From assembly GCA_964460845.1 (NCBI GenBank), contig CAYWRZ010000004.1, positions 2,920-66,919 of the forward strand: 64,000 bases of DNA, in the 5' to 3' direction. Positions 10,145 to 21,151 of this stretch are shown here, piece after piece. The notes under the pieces were generated by a model. It searched no databases, was not told the DNA's origin, and saw nothing but the letters and a program-made list of their open reading frames with translations. The position numbers and the translations under genes were made by a program. Source of the stretch: an uncultured Weeksellaceae bacterium. GTDB taxonomy: Bacteria; Bacteroidota; Bacteroidia; Flavobacteriales_D; UBA2798. Position 1 is the first letter of the stretch. Each line of letters opens with the position of its first letter.

Positions 10145-11545
10145 TCACACATGCCCCTGACTGAGCATAGCTTCGGCCACTTTTACAAACCCACCTATGT
10201 TGGCGCCTTTTACGTAGTTGATGAATCCTTCCTTGTCTTTTCCGTATTCGGCGCAGGTTGTATGGATGTTTACCATAATTTCGTGCAGGCGGCGATCCAC
10301 TTCTTCTTTGCTCCAGGTAAGGCGTAATGCGTTTTGGCTCATTTCCAAACCGGATACCGCTACACCGCCTGCGTTGGAGGCTTTTCCGGGGGCAAACAGA
10401 ACCTTTTCGCGCAAAAACAATTCGATGGCTTCGGGAGTGGAGGGCATATTTGCACCTTCGGCTACGGCTTTCACGCCGTGGTCGATAAGCATACGGGCAT
10501 CTTCTCCGTTCAATTCGTTTTGTGTGGCACAGGGTAGCGCTACCTCACATTTTTCGGCCCAGGGCGTTTTTCCCGGCACGTAGCGTGCGTTAAATTTTTC
10601 GGCGTAGTCGCGAATACGTCCCCGTTGCTCGTTTTTCAGCTCCATGATCCAGGCCAGCTTTTTTCGGGTGATACCGGCCTCGTCGTAGATATAACCGTCG
10701 GAGTCGCTCATGGTAAGCACTTTGGCACCAAGCTGAATGCATTTTTCAGCCGCATATTGCGCTACATTTCCGGAGCCCGAGATGACTACGCTTTTGTCTT
10801 TCAGCGTTTCTCCGCGCGTTTTTAGCATTTCGGCAGTGAAATAGACACAGCCGTACCCGGTGGCTTCGGGACGGATAAGAGAACCTCCCGAGGGCAGGCT
10901 TTTGCCGGTAAGCACGCCGGTAAACTCGTTGCGCAACCTTTTGTATTGACCGAACAGAAAACCGACTTCGCGGCCGCCCACTCCGATATCGCCTGCGGGT
11001 ACGTCGGTATCGGAGCCGATATGCCGGCATAGCTCGGTCATAAAGCTTTGGCAGAAATACATGATTTCGTTATCTGTTTTGCCTTTGGGGTTAAAATCGG
11101 AACCGCCTTTGCCACCACCCATGGGTAGCGTGGTGAGGCTGTTTTTAAATACCTGCTCAAAAGCGAGGAATTTTAATACCGAAAGAGTAACCGTAGGGTG
11201 AAAACGCAAGCCGCCTTTGTAAGGACCTATGGCGCTGTTCATTTGTACACGAAAGCCACGGTTTATCTGTAATTCGCCTTTGTCGTCCACCCAGGGCACG
11301 CGAAAAATGATAACCCGTTCGGGCTCTACCATTCTTTCGAGAATGCGTGCTTTTTTGTAACGCGGGTGCGCTTCTATAAAAGGAATAACGGCTTCGGCCA
11401 CTTCCTGTACCGCCTGTAGAAATTCAGGCTCGTGGGGGTTTTTACGAGTCACCTCCTGCATAAAAGTGTATATTCGGGAGTGCAGAGAAGAACCGTTGGC
11501 TGTCTTTTTTTCTTCCGATTTTTTATACGCTGTTTTTAGAGACAT
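10145..11545 (-). CDS. gdhA: NADP-specific glutamate dehydrogenase
   Basis: GPYKGGLRFHP, GGGKGGSDF, DVPAGDIGVG, RPEATGYG, SGSGNVA, GKASNAGGVAVS. ATG at 11545. Confidence 0.97.
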   Translation of the reverse strand: MSLKTAYKKSEEKKTANGSSLHSRIYTFMQEVTRKNPHEPEFLQAVQEVAEAVIPFIEAHPRYKKARILERMVEPERVIIFRVPWVDDKGELQINRGFRVQMNSAIGPYKGGLRFHPTVTLSVLKFLAFEQVFKNSLTTLPMGGGKGGSDFNPKGKTDNEIMYFCQSFMTELCRHIGSDTDVPAGDIGVGGREVGFLFGQYKRLRNEFTGVLTGKSLPSGGSLIRPEATGYGCVYFTAEMLKTRGETLKDKSVVISGSGNVAQYAAEKCIQLGAKVLTMSDSDGYIYDEAGITRKKLAWIMELKNEQRGRIRDYAEKFNARYVPGKTPWAEKCEVALPCATQNELNGEDARMLIDHGVKAVAEGANMPSTPEAIELFLREKVLFAPGKASNAGGVAVSGLEMSQNALRLTWSKEEVDRRLHEIMVNIHTTCAEYGKDKEGFINYVKGANIGGFVKVAEAMLSQGHV

Positions 11546-11680
11546 AAGCGAAGAAATTAAGGGATACGAGCTGCTTATAAAGTTATGATTTTTTTGACGC
11601 AAAGACCTGTTTCCGCTCATTTTTTGCCCTACGCCGTAACTTTTCCAGTGCAAGCGCATTATAGGAGAAATACCAAACTG

Positions 11681-12598
11681 ATGCGAATACTCTTTTTTCT
11701 TTTTCTTTCGTTCGGCTTGCTGAGTGCGGGGATGTATCATGCAGCTCCGAAAAACAAGGCCGAATACGACGCGAACTGGCTGCGTAAAAACTTAGTGCTT
11801 ATTCCGCAAGGCACGCTTATATTGCCCGCTGCGGATGAGGAAAGAACAGCAGATACGATGTCACTCTCTTCTTTCTTCTTGTTTAATCAGGAAGTATCAA
11901 ATGGATTTTATGTGTTTTACCTCGATGTCTTGCTTCAATCGGGAGATACTATCGCTTATCGCGAGGCCCTGCCCGACACGTTGGTATGGCAGGCTATCAG
12001 ACCTCATTATGCCGAATTATACCTGCGTCATCCGGCATACGCCGATTACCCGGCGGTAGGAATTAGCTATGCGCAAAGCGGAAAGTTTTGCGAATGGCTT
12101 ACGCAGCATTACGGGGCTCAATTGTCCAAAAAAGGGAAAAAGGCTGTATTCAGTCTTCCTACCCGAGCCCAGTGGATGTATGCCGCAGGGGGCAAAGAGC
12201 GCCATACCGTGTATCCCTGGGGTAAGTATTTGAACAAGGGTAAATTTTTAGCGAATTACACAGTGGTTCCGGGAGAAGAATCGGAGCCGTCGGACTCGCT
12301 TCAAATAGGATTTTTCGGACACCGTAAAAGACCGATCAAAGACACCGAACAATATGAGGAAGAAATATATAACCTTACCGCGCCGGTAAAATCATACTGG
12401 GCCAATAGCTTCGGACTTTATCAAATGGCGGGTAACGTGAGTGAGTTTGTACGGGAAGCCGGAATTACCAAAGGGGGGAGCTGGAGAGGCAAGGCGCATT
12501 ATCTGCGTATCGGGGTGGACGATTCTTACTCGAAGCACGCTTCGGCTTCGGCCGATCGGGGCTTTCGCTTTGTGATGGAAATTACCGAATCTGAATAG
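11681..12598 (+). CDS. Secreted SUMF1/FGE-sulfatase-domain protein (GldK/GldJ-like fold)
   Basis: Signal peptide, QEVSN, YPAVGIS, LPTRAQWMYAA, YPWG, NSFGLYQMAGNVSE, KGGSW, RGFR. ATG at 11681. Confidence 0.8.
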   Translation: MRILFFLFLSFGLLSAGMYHAAPKNKAEYDANWLRKNLVLIPQGTLILPAADEERTADTMSLSSFFLFNQEVSNGFYVFYLDVLLQSGDTIAYREALPDTLVWQAIRPHYAELYLRHPAYADYPAVGISYAQSGKFCEWLTQHYGAQLSKKGKKAVFSLPTRAQWMYAAGGKERHTVYPWGKYLNKGKFLANYTVVPGEESEPSDSLQIGFFGHRKRPIKDTEQYEEEIYNLTAPVKSYWANSFGLYQMAGNVSEFVREAGITKGGSWRGKAHYLRIGVDDSYSKHASASADRGFRFVMEITESE

Positions 12599-12599
12599 C

Positions 12600-14681
12600 T
12601 CAACGCACTTCCGACCCGCTGGCGAAAGACGTGTCTTCGGGTGCTACAAAGCACAATTTTCCTTCGGCGTTTTCGGCCATGAGAATCATTCCCTGCGATT
12701 CGATACCGCGTATGGTACGTGGGGCGAGATTCAGCAATAAGGTCACTTTTTTCCCGACAATTGCTTCGGGTGTGTAATGTTCCGCAATGCCCGAAACCAC
12801 AGTACGTTGATCGATGCCGGTATCGACGGTGAGGCGAAGCAGCTTTTGCGCTTTCTCCACTTTTTCGGCGGCCAAAATAGTGCCTACACGGATATCCAGC
12901 TTTGAAAAATCGTCGAAGCTGATGTGTGCTTTCTCCACTTTTTCGGTGGTAGCCACGGCTTGTACTTTACTGTCTTCCAGTTTTTTTACCTGTTGTGCCA
13001 CAGCCTCGTCTTCTATTTTTTCAAAGAGCAATACCGGTTCTTGCAGCGTATGACCCGAAGGAATCAGGTAGAGGTTTCCGATCCTTTCCCAAGCTATCGC
13101 TTCTATGTTCAGCATTTTTTCGATGCGCTCGGAGGTATAAGGGAGAAAAGGCTTGATGGCTGTAGCCAGGGAAGCGGTAAGTTGCAGCGCTCTTACAAGG
13201 ATGGTCTTGGTGCCTTCCGGATCGGTTTTTATAAGTTTCCAGGGTTCGGTATCGGCCAGGTACTTATTGCCTTCGCGGGCAATTTCCATCGCATGGAAAA
13301 GTGCATCCCTGAAACGGAATTTCTCAATATCCGAGGCAATATGCTGTGCCAGTGCGGGCAAGCGATTTTCAAAAAGTTCTTTTTCAGCGGCGCTGAGGGC
13401 TTGTTCGTCGGAAATAGCCGGAACCACGCCTTCGTAATACTTGTGCATCAGTACCATAACCCGGTTTACAAAATTGCCGAGTATGGCCACCAGCTCGTTA
13501 TTGACACGAGCCTGAAAATCTTTCCAGGTAAATTCGCTGTCTTTCGTTTCGGGAGCGATCGAGCACAGCACATAACGAAGCTCGTCCTGCTTTCCGGGAA
13601 AATCGCGGAGGTATTCGTGCAGCCATACGGCCCAGTTGCGCGAGGTCGAAATTTTTTCGCCTTCGAGGTTCAGAAACTCGTTGGCCGGAACGTTTTGCGG
13701 GAGAATGTATTCGCCGTGCGCGCGCAGCAGAATGGGGAAAATGATGCAGTGAAAAACGATGTTGTCTTTGCCGATAAAATGCACCAGGCGTGTGTCTTCC
13801 GATTTCCAGTAGTCTTCCCAGTTTTTACCGGTATCGGCAGCCCATTGGCGGGTAGCAGAGATATAGCCGATAGGGGCATCGAGCCATACGTAGAGTACTT
13901 TTCCTTCGGCATCAGCTACGGGTACTTTTACACCCCAGTCGAGGTCGCGGGTCATGGCGCGGGGTTGGAGTCCGCCGTCGATCCAGGACTTGCACTGTCC
14001 CATCACGTTCGATTTCCACTCTTTGGGATCGTGTTGCGGCCGTTCGTCGAGGGTTCCTTTTTCTATCCATTCGCGCAGCCATTCTTCGTGCCGGTTCATG
14101 GGCAGGTACCAGTGCTCGGTTTTTTTCAGCACGGGTGTTTTCCCGCTGAGAATTGATTTAGGGTCGATCAGGTCGGTGGGATTCAGCGAGGCCCCACATT
14201 TTTCGCACTGATCGCCGTAGGCATTAGGGTTGCCGCAACGCGGACAGGTGCCCGTCACGTAACGGTCGGCTAAAAACTGCTGGTGGACCTCGTCGTAAAA
14301 TTGTTCGCTGCTTTCGTTGGTGAAAGCGCCTTCGGTCTCAAGGCGGAGGAAAAACTCTTGTGCCGTATCGTGGTGCAGCTTGCTGGAGGTACGGTGATAA
14401 ATATCGAAATGAATACCGAATTCGGTAAACGTATCGCGGATAAGTGCGTGGTACTTATCGATGATTTGTTGCGGGCTGATGCCTTCTTTTTTGGCCCTCA
14501 GCGTGATGGCGGCACCGTGCTCGTCCGATCCGCAGATAAAAGCCACGTCGGCTTTGCGCATACGCAGGTAACGCACATAAATATCGGCGGGCAGGTAAGC
14601 CCCGGCAATATGCCCGATGTGGAGGGGGCCGTTGGCGTAAGGAAGCGCGGCAGTAACGGTATGTCGGCGGGGAGTGCTCAA
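12600..14681 (-). CDS. metG: Methionyl-tRNA synthetase with C-terminal tRNA-binding domain
   Basis: [28 protein letters not shown] zinc knuckle, KISTS, C-terminal OB fold (DIRVG...GIESQGM). Confidence 0.99.
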   Translation of the reverse strand: MSTPRRHTVTAALPYANGPLHIGHIAGAYLPADIYVRYLRMRKADVAFICGSDEHGAAITLRAKKEGISPQQIIDKYHALIRDTFTEFGIHFDIYHRTSSKLHHDTAQEFFLRLETEGAFTNESSEQFYDEVHQQFLADRYVTGTCPRCGNPNAYGDQCEKCGASLNPTDLIDPKSILSGKTPVLKKTEHWYLPMNRHEEWLREWIEKGTLDERPQHDPKEWKSNVMGQCKSWIDGGLQPRAMTRDLDWGVKVPVADAEGKVLYVWLDAPIGYISATRQWAADTGKNWEDYWKSEDTRLVHFIGKDNIVFHCIIFPILLRAHGEYILPQNVPANEFLNLEGEKISTSRNWAVWLHEYLRDFPGKQDELRYVLCSIAPETKDSEFTWKDFQARVNNELVAILGNFVNRVMVLMHKYYEGVVPAISDEQALSAAEKELFENRLPALAQHIASDIEKFRFRDALFHAMEIAREGNKYLADTEPWKLIKTDPEGTKTILVRALQLTASLATAIKPFLPYTSERIEKMLNIEAIAWERIGNLYLIPSGHTLQEPVLLFEKIEDEAVAQQVKKLEDSKVQAVATTEKVEKAHISFDDFSKLDIRVGTILAAEKVEKAQKLLRLTVDTGIDQRTVVSGIAEHYTPEAIVGKKVTLLLNLAPRTIRGIESQGMILMAENAEGKLCFVAPEDTSFASGSEVR

Positions 14682-14703
14682 GGGAAAACGGATTGATGAA
14701 GGG

Positions 14704-14762
14704 CAAAATTAGTTAATTATTCAAGCCTGTTGAAGCGAACGCTTATTTTCTGCTTATATTTG
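14704..14762. promoter_or_regulatory. Divergent sigmaA -7 elements for metG and queA
   Basis: TAATTTTG on the minus strand (14704-14711) and TATATTTG on the plus strand (14755-14762). Confidence 0.6.
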
Positions 14763-14796
14763 CGACCCTTTTTACGATTTAAATCCCGTAAGATTT

Positions 14797-15846
14797 ATGA
14801 AACTTTCTCAATTCAAATTTAAGCTTCCTCCCGAGCTTATCGCTACACATCCCGCTTCTAACCGCGACGAAAGCCGCCTGATGGTGCTGCACCGCGACAC
14901 CGGAAAGATCGAGCACAAGATGTTTAAAGACGTGCTTCGTTATTTCGGCGACGGCGATGTGATGATTCTCAACAACACCAAAGTATTTCCGGCCCGTATG
15001 TACGGCAACAAGGAAAAAACCGGTGCCAAGATTGAGGTGTTCCTGCTTCGTGAGCTCAACCGCGAGAGCCTCTTGTGGGATGTGCTCGTGGATCCCGCCC
15101 GTAAAATCCGTATCGGTAACAAGCTGTATTTCGGTGACGACGATTCGCTCGTAGCCGAAGTAATCGACAATACCACTTCACGTGGCCGTACCCTTCGTTT
15201 TCTGTTCGACGGGTCTTACGAAGAATTTAAAAACACCATTACCGCATTGGGCGAAACACCGCTGCCCAAGTATATCAAACGCGAGGTCGAGAAAGACGAT
15301 GAAGAGCGTTACCAAACGGTATTTGCCAAGCACGAGGGTGCTGTGGCGGCACCTACTGCCGGCTTGCATTTTAGCCGCGAGCTTATCAAACGGCTGGAGC
15401 TTAAAGGCGTGAACTTTGCCGAGCTTACGCTTCACGTGGGCCTGGGTACTTTCAGAGCCGTAGAGGTCGAAGACCTGACCAAGCATAAAATGGATTCGGA
15501 GCAGGTGATCATTCCGGCCGAATGTGCCGATATGGTCAATTTTGCCAAAGCCGATCGCCGCAGGGTATGCGCCATCGGAACTACGGTTATGCGTGGCGTG
15601 GAGTCGTCCGTTTCTACCGACGGTTTTCTGAAGCCCTACAACGGTTGGACCAACAAGTTTGTTTTCCCGCCCTACGATTTTAGCATTGCCAATAGCATGG
15701 TAACCAACTTCCATACTCCGATGTCAACCCTCCTGATGATGGTATGTGCTTTCGGAGGATATGAGTTTGTGATGGAAGCCTACAACGAAGCCATTAAAGA
15801 GCAGTACAAGTTCTTCTCTTATGGCGACGCGATGCTGATCCTCTAA
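14797..15846 (+). CDS. queA: S-adenosylmethionine:tRNA ribosyltransferase-isomerase
   Basis: [60 protein letters not shown]. Confidence 0.98.
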   Translation: MKLSQFKFKLPPELIATHPASNRDESRLMVLHRDTGKIEHKMFKDVLRYFGDGDVMILNNTKVFPARMYGNKEKTGAKIEVFLLRELNRESLLWDVLVDPARKIRIGNKLYFGDDDSLVAEVIDNTTSRGRTLRFLFDGSYEEFKNTITALGETPLPKYIKREVEKDDEERYQTVFAKHEGAVAAPTAGLHFSRELIKRLELKGVNFAELTLHVGLGTFRAVEVEDLTKHKMDSEQVIIPAECADMVNFAKADRRRVCAIGTTVMRGVESSVSTDGFLKPYNGWTNKFVFPPYDFSIANSMVTNFHTPMSTLLMMVCAFGGYEFVMEAYNEAIKEQYKFFSYGDAMLIL

Positions 15847-15888
15847 CCTGCTTTTACCGCATTGCGGGATTGCGTACCTTGTGTGCGT

Positions 15889-16569
15889 ATGAGCGATTAC
15901 GTCATCATAGTAGCCGGAGGTTCGGGCAGTCGTATGCAGGCCAGCCAGCCCAAGCAGTTTTTACCGCTGAACGGGAAATCCATTCTACAGCATACAATGG
16001 AAGCGTTTTACCGCTACAATCCTACCTTGAAAATGGTGGTGGCGCTTCCTCCCGATTACCTTGATTTTTGGGCTCGTCATTGCGAGATCAAGCAGATTGC
16101 CATTCCGCATGAGCTGACACCCGGCGGTTCCGAACGTTTCTATACCGTACAGCAGGCGCTCAAACGCGTAAGCGGCGAAGGAGTGGTGGCGGTGCACGAC
16201 GGGGTAAGGCCCCTGGTCTCGAAGGCCACGCTTAAAGCCTGTTTTGAAACGGCTCGAAACTATGGCGCTGCTATTCCCGTGCTGCCGGTGAATGATTCTA
16301 TGCGCCAGCTTACCGGCGAAACCGCTTCGGTGCCTATAGAAAGGCAACACCTGCGGGTTGTACAAACCCCTCAATGTTTCTCCATACCCCTGCTTCAGCA
16401 GGCTTACGATTGTCACTTTGATCCTGCTTTTACCGACGATGCGACCGTAGTGGAACGCGTAGGTATCCCCATTCACCTTGTAGCGGGAAACCCCGAAAAC
16501 ATCAAGATTACCCGTCCTTTCGATTTGCGTGTGGCCGAATGGTTGCTGCGCGCAACGGATACCCGTTAA
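15889..16569 (+). CDS. ispD: 2-C-methyl-D-erythritol 4-phosphate cytidylyltransferase
   Basis: VAGGSGSRM, PKQFL, GGSERFYTV, VHDGVRP, QTPQ, TDDA, NIKIT. ATG at 15889. Confidence 0.95.
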   Translation: MSDYVIIVAGGSGSRMQASQPKQFLPLNGKSILQHTMEAFYRYNPTLKMVVALPPDYLDFWARHCEIKQIAIPHELTPGGSERFYTVQQALKRVSGEGVVAVHDGVRPLVSKATLKACFETARNYGAAIPVLPVNDSMRQLTGETASVPIERQHLRVVQTPQCFSIPLLQQAYDCHFDPAFTDDATVVERVGIPIHLVAGNPENIKITRPFDLRVAEWLLRATDTR

Positions 16570-16620
16570 ATCATGTTAAATGCCTTCGGTTTTAGCGCGG
16601 TAGCTGAGCTTTTTATTTGT

Positions 16621-16628
16621 TATATTTG
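16621..16628 (+). promoter_or_regulatory. sigmaA -7 element for dxs
   Basis: TATATTTG about 55 bp upstream of the ATG. Confidence 0.6.
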
Positions 16629-16681
16629 TTGCTCAGATAAGGTATCACACGGGAAATACCCGTTCTAAATGACCCCGCCCG

Positions 16682-18625
16682 ATGCAGGAGTTTAAAGCCG
16701 GCCCCCTGCTGCAACAGATCGACATTCCTGCCGATTTGCGCAGTAAAATCAAAGAAGAAGAGCTGCCTCAGGTGTGCCAGGAATTGCGCGATTACATTAT
16801 CGATGTGGTTTCTCATATCGGCAATTCGCATTTTGGTGCCAGCTTAGGTGTGGTCGAGCTTACCGTAGCCCTGCATTATGCCTTTGATACCCCCCGCGAT
16901 CAGCTCGTATGGGATGTAGGCCATCAGGCTTACGGGCATAAAATTCTTACCGGGCGCAGAGAAGCATTTCCCACCAATCGCACTTACAAAGGGCTGAGCG
17001 GTTTTCCTAAACGCAGTGAAAGCGAATACGATACTTTCGGTGTAGGCCATTCTTCCACCTCCATTTCGGCGGCGGTAGGCATGGCCGTAGCCAATAAGCA
17101 GCTCGGTAAGCACGACGTGCAGCATATCGCTGTGATCGGCGACGGAGCGATGACCGCAGGGCTTGCTTTCGAAGGACTCAACCACGGAGGTGTGACCAAT
17201 ACCAATTTGCTGGTGGTGCTTAACGACAACTGCATGTCGATCGATCCGAATGTAGGTGCCCTTAAAGAATACCTGACCGACATTACCACCTCGCATACCT
17301 ACAACCGGATTAAGGATGAGGTATGGAACCTGCTTGGTAAAATCAGCAAATTCGGCCCCAACGCACAGGCTATTGCCCATAAGATCAGTGACGGGATCAA
17401 GACGGCCCTGCTGCGCCAAAGCAACCTTTTCGAATCGCTCAATTTTAGGTATTTCGGTCCGGTCGATGGACACGATGTAATTAACCTGGCTCGTATTTTC
17501 AACGATCTTAAAGATATTCCCGGCCCTAAAATTTTACACTGTGTGACCGTAAAAGGCAAGGGGTATAAATATTCGGAAGAGGGCAACCAGACCTTGTGGC
17601 ATTCTCCCGGTGTGTTCAACAAGGCTACCGGCGAGATCATCAAAGTGATTCCCCAGTCGCCACAACCGCCCAAATACCAGGATGTGTTCGGTCATACCAT
17701 TGTAGAATTGGCCGAAAAGAATCCCAAAGTGATGGGAGTGACTCCCGCCATGCCTTCGGGCTGCTCGCTTAATATTATGATGAAAGCCATGCCCGATCGC
17801 GCTATTGATGTGGGTATTGCGGAGCAGCATGCCGTTACTTTTTCGGCAGGACTGGCTACTCAGGGGATGGTGCCTTTCTGTAATATCTATTCTTCTTTCA
17901 TGCAAAGAGCCTATGATCAGGTGGTACACGATGTGGCTTTGCAGAAGCTGCATGTGGTATTTTGCCTCGATCGCGGCGGACTCGTAGGAGCCGATGGCGC
18001 TACACACCACGGTGCTTTCGATTTGGCTTATATGCGCTCCATCCCGAATATGGTAGTGGCTTCTCCGATGAACGAAGAAGAGCTGCGTAACCTGATGTAC
18101 ACCGCTCAGCTTGAGGAGAATGCGGGACCTTTTTCTATCCGTTATCCCCGTGGCGAAGGTGTAATGACCAACTGGAAAACCCCTTTGCGTAAAATCAGGG
18201 TAGGTACCGGGCGTAAAGTGCGTAACGGCGAACACATGGCTATACTGGCCATAGGGCCTGTTGGGAATCTTGCCATGGAGGCTTGTCGCCTTTTAGAGGA
18301 AGAGGGGATCGATGTGGCGTTTTATGATTTGCGTTTTGCCAAGCCCATAGACGAAACTCTTCTGCATGAGGTGTTTACAAGGTTTAAGCAAGTGATTACC
18401 GTCGAAGACGGATGCCTTCAGGGCGGCGTGGGCAGCGCGGTACTCGAATTTATGGTCGATAACGGCTATTCGGCGCGGGTGCGCAGGCTGGGTATTCCGG
18501 ATCGTTTTGTGGATCACGGCACACAGGCACAGCTTTACGCCGAGTGTGGTTACGACGTGCCGGCCATTGTGGCGGCTGCGCGTGAGCTTTGGGGCAACCG
18601 CAAGTCTATTACCGCCGCCGGATAA
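16682..18625 (+). CDS. dxs: 1-deoxy-D-xylulose-5-phosphate synthase
   Basis: HFGASLG, WDVGHQAY, GHSSTSIS, GDGAMTAG, GIAEQHA, YSSFMQRAYDQ, DRGGLVGADGATH. Confidence 0.99.
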   Translation: MQEFKAGPLLQQIDIPADLRSKIKEEELPQVCQELRDYIIDVVSHIGNSHFGASLGVVELTVALHYAFDTPRDQLVWDVGHQAYGHKILTGRREAFPTNRTYKGLSGFPKRSESEYDTFGVGHSSTSISAAVGMAVANKQLGKHDVQHIAVIGDGAMTAGLAFEGLNHGGVTNTNLLVVLNDNCMSIDPNVGALKEYLTDITTSHTYNRIKDEVWNLLGKISKFGPNAQAIAHKISDGIKTALLRQSNLFESLNFRYFGPVDGHDVINLARIFNDLKDIPGPKILHCVTVKGKGYKYSEEGNQTLWHSPGVFNKATGEIIKVIPQSPQPPKYQDVFGHTIVELAEKNPKVMGVTPAMPSGCSLNIMMKAMPDRAIDVGIAEQHAVTFSAGLATQGMVPFCNIYSSFMQRAYDQVVHDVALQKLHVVFCLDRGGLVGADGATHHGAFDLAYMRSIPNMVVASPMNEEELRNLMYTAQLEENAGPFSIRYPRGEGVMTNWKTPLRKIRVGTGRKVRNGEHMAILAIGPVGNLAMEACRLLEEEGIDVAFYDLRFAKPIDETLLHEVFTRFKQVITVEDGCLQGGVGSAVLEFMVDNGYSARVRRLGIPDRFVDHGTQAQLYAECGYDVPAIVAAARELWGNRKSITAAG

Positions 18626-18682
18626 TTTCCGTGTTTCGCTTTTATTTCCAACTTTTGCGTTTCTCCTTCAAACAAAGTGAGT

Positions 18683-19282
18683 ATGAAACGCCTGATTTTC
18701 CTTTTCTTCTTTTTCGTAGTGCTGATTCCTTGTGTGCAGGCTCAGGAGCCTGTAGTCACTTTTGAGCATAAGCGTAGCGGGAAACGTGTAGCGCTTTTTA
18801 TGCCCGAAAGTAAAATGTGGATCAAAACCACCGACAAGCGCAGGTTATCCGGTTATGTGTTCGACTACCGCGATTCGGTATTTCATCTTCTTAGCTATGC
18901 AGAACATTCGGGGGCGATGGCAGAAAGTAAGAAGCTGGAATGGAAAACGATACAGGCTTCTGACAGCTTAACTTCCGTACAAAAGCAGACCGCTTACCTG
19001 ACGATTTATTATACCGATACCCTTAGGGTTCACTTGTCGGCTATTCGCAAAATCGGGGTGGAGAACAGGTTTATGAAAAAGCACCGTAAGCTGGTCAATG
19101 CGACCGGGATTACAGGGCTGGCGGTGCTGGGTGCTACCGGTATCACCTCGTATATCGATCCCGATGCCGAGACCTTGCTTATTGCTTCCGGCACTACGGG
19201 GGCGGCTCTTTGCGTGGCCTATGCCGTGATGGCCCGGCAGAAAAAAATCAATCTTCGTCGTCCGATTTGGAGCGTGTATTAA
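18683..19282 (+). CDS. Hypothetical exported/membrane protein
   Basis: Signal peptide and two C-terminal hydrophobic helices. Confidence 0.7.
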   Translation: MKRLIFLFFFFVVLIPCVQAQEPVVTFEHKRSGKRVALFMPESKMWIKTTDKRRLSGYVFDYRDSVFHLLSYAEHSGAMAESKKLEWKTIQASDSLTSVQKQTAYLTIYYTDTLRVHLSAIRKIGVENRFMKKHRKLVNATGITGLAVLGATGITSYIDPDAETLLIASGTTGAALCVAYAVMARQKKINLRRPIWSVY

Positions 19283-19603
19283 CAGGGCTTTTATAAAAAT
19301 AATTGAATTGATATAGGGTGTTTATACCCTATTGGCTGCCTATTTTTTTCTCACGATTACGGATATATCATTTTTCCTTTCTTTTCATATTCCTGAACAA
19401 AAATCCTAAGAACCTCGTGTAAGTAGTATTATAGCGAGCAAACATCAGTGCGGATTTTTTTCATTCTTACCAAAGTGGTCGTATTCTGAATCTTTGGATT
19501 TTCAGGATAAATTTTTTTCAAGTTTTGTTGCCGTTCGCTTTTGCAGGCCTTGAATTTATTGGGCTTGTGCCTGTATAATCGTTTCCTGTTAACAGTGAGT
19601 GGT

Positions 19604-21151
19604 ATGAAACCCAGTGATGATTTGTTTTGCCTTATAAAATCCCTTTCGCGTTCCGAAAAAGGGTATTTCCGGAAATATGCTTCTGTGCATGTCAAAGGAG
19701 AACAGAATACCTACCAGAAATTATTTGATGTGATCAGCAACCAGGAGCATTTTGACGAAGAGGAGATGAAACGGCAGTTAGGGCAAACGCCCCTGCTGAA
19801 TTACCTGCCTACTGCCAAACATCAGCTCTATAATCTCGTGCTGAAAACCCTGCGTGCGTATTACGAGGAAAATTCGATAGACTGTCAGGTGCGTGATTTT
19901 TTGCAGGATATCGAATTTCTTTATTCCAAAGCGCTTTTTCGACAGTGCCGTAAGCTTATTCAGAAAGTAAAAGCTATCTGCACCGAAAACGAGCGGCTGT
20001 TTGCCCTGCTGGAAGTGTGTCGTTGGGAAATAAGGGTTTGGATAGGTGAGCTGGAAAATTCCGAAGCCTCTTTTTCCAAGCTGGAAGACGTGGTGGCTCA
20101 CCAAAAAGAGATCCTGGCCAAGATCAGCTATCTCGTGGAGCTTGAAAACATTTTCAACAAAGCCTATTTGGTGCTGGGTGCTTCCGGTAAGCCGCGCAGC
20201 GTGTCTGAGCAGGCGCAGTTTTTGGAAATCCTCCAACACCCCCTGTTACAGGACGAGTCGCCGCTGCATTCGCTCGAAACACGTTTTAACTGGTACAACA
20301 TCAAAGGTGTCGAAGCGTATGTCAATTCTGACTGGAAAGCGGCGTTTACCTACATGACCAAAATTGTCCGGCTCTTTGAAGAAAATCCCAAAAGCATAAG
20401 CCGTTTTCCGGCCAAGTATTTTTCGGCGCTGGTAAATCGTTGTCAGATGGGCGTTTTTCTCGGGCGTAAAAAAGACGTCATGCAGGCATTGCATAAAATA
20501 AGACAGGCGCCCGTGCAGCATACCTGCTTCCGTTCGGAAAATTACCAGGTAAAAGTATTTCTCGCCCTGTACGGAATGGAGCTGCACTTCTATCAGCGCA
20601 CCGGCGAATTTGGGCGCATCATGTCGCTGGTCGATGAGGTGGAAATTATACTGCCCCGTTATGTGCACAAAGCGGGAGTGAGGCAATTGCTTAATTTTTA
20701 CCTGCGCTTATCTATCGTATGCTTTTGCGCCGGGCAATATAAAAAAGCGCTTCACTGGCTCAACAAAGTGCATAACGGGCGTTGTGAAGTATATCAGCAC
20801 CGCGAGTTTGTGGCGTTTGTAAACGTGTATAACCTGCTTGTACACTATGAGCTTCAAAACTTCGACCTGCTTATCTATACGCTGCGTGCTACCGAGAGGC
20901 GGCTTAAATCCAGAAAGCTCTTTTTCCGTTTTGAACAGGCGCTTATCGAATATTTTAAAACCACGCTCCGGAAAAACGGTTCCGATTTACGCAGCTCGGC
21001 CTTGAAACAGCTTGCGCATACGCTTAAAGAAATTAAAACGGATCCTTATGAGTCGAGACCGCTCGAATACTTCGATATCGCACTTTGGGCCGAAAGTAAA
21101 TACCGGGGCATACCGCTTCAAAAAATCATCTCGCAGGGTACTAAAACCTGA
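19604..21151 (+). CDS. Uncharacterised alpha-helical/TPR-like protein, paralog A
   Basis: MKPSDDLFCLIKSLSRSEKGYF... through FDIALWAESK; aligns end to end by eye with 26654-28216. ATG at 19604. Confidence 0.85.
   Translation: MKPSDDLFCLIKSLSRSEKGYFRKYASVHVKGEQNTYQKLFDVISNQEHFDEEEMKRQLGQTPLLNYLPTAKHQLYNLVLKTLRAYYEENSIDCQVRDFLQDIEFLYSKALFRQCRKLIQKVKAICTENERLFALLEVCRWEIRVWIGELENSEASFSKLEDVVAHQKEILAKISYLVELENIFNKAYLVLGASGKPRSVSEQAQFLEILQHPLLQDESPLHSLETRFNWYNIKGVEAYVNSDWKAAFTYMTKIVRLFEENPKSISRFPAKYFSALVNRCQMGVFLGRKKDVMQALHKIRQAPVQHTCFRSENYQVKVFLALYGMELHFYQRTGEFGRIMSLVDEVEIILPRYVHKAGVRQLLNFYLRLSIVCFCAGQYKKALHWLNKVHNGRCEVYQHREFVAFVNVYNLLVHYELQNFDLLIYTLRATERRLKSRKLFFRFEQALIEYFKTTLRKNGSDLRSSALKQLAHTLKEIKTDPYESRPLEYFDIALWAESKYRGIPLQKIISQGTKT

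Noticed and set aside
12924-14156. 410-aa plus-strand ORF
   Set aside because: Antisense shadow of metG; no recognisable motifs. The same applies to 30453-31736 (sufB), 32436-33872 (sufD) and 34550-35326 (sufS).
19313-19332. Inverted repeat ATAGGGT-gtttat-ACCCTAT
   Set aside because: Single short hairpin 30 bp after a stop codon; most simply a weak terminator or processing site. No second copy found to support an operator.
19429-19464. Tiny minus-strand ORF MKKIRTDVCSL upstream of paralog A, as a possible Cys-containing signal peptide
   Set aside because: Only 11 codons, with no promoter or export signal evidence; expected by chance in AT-rich DNA.
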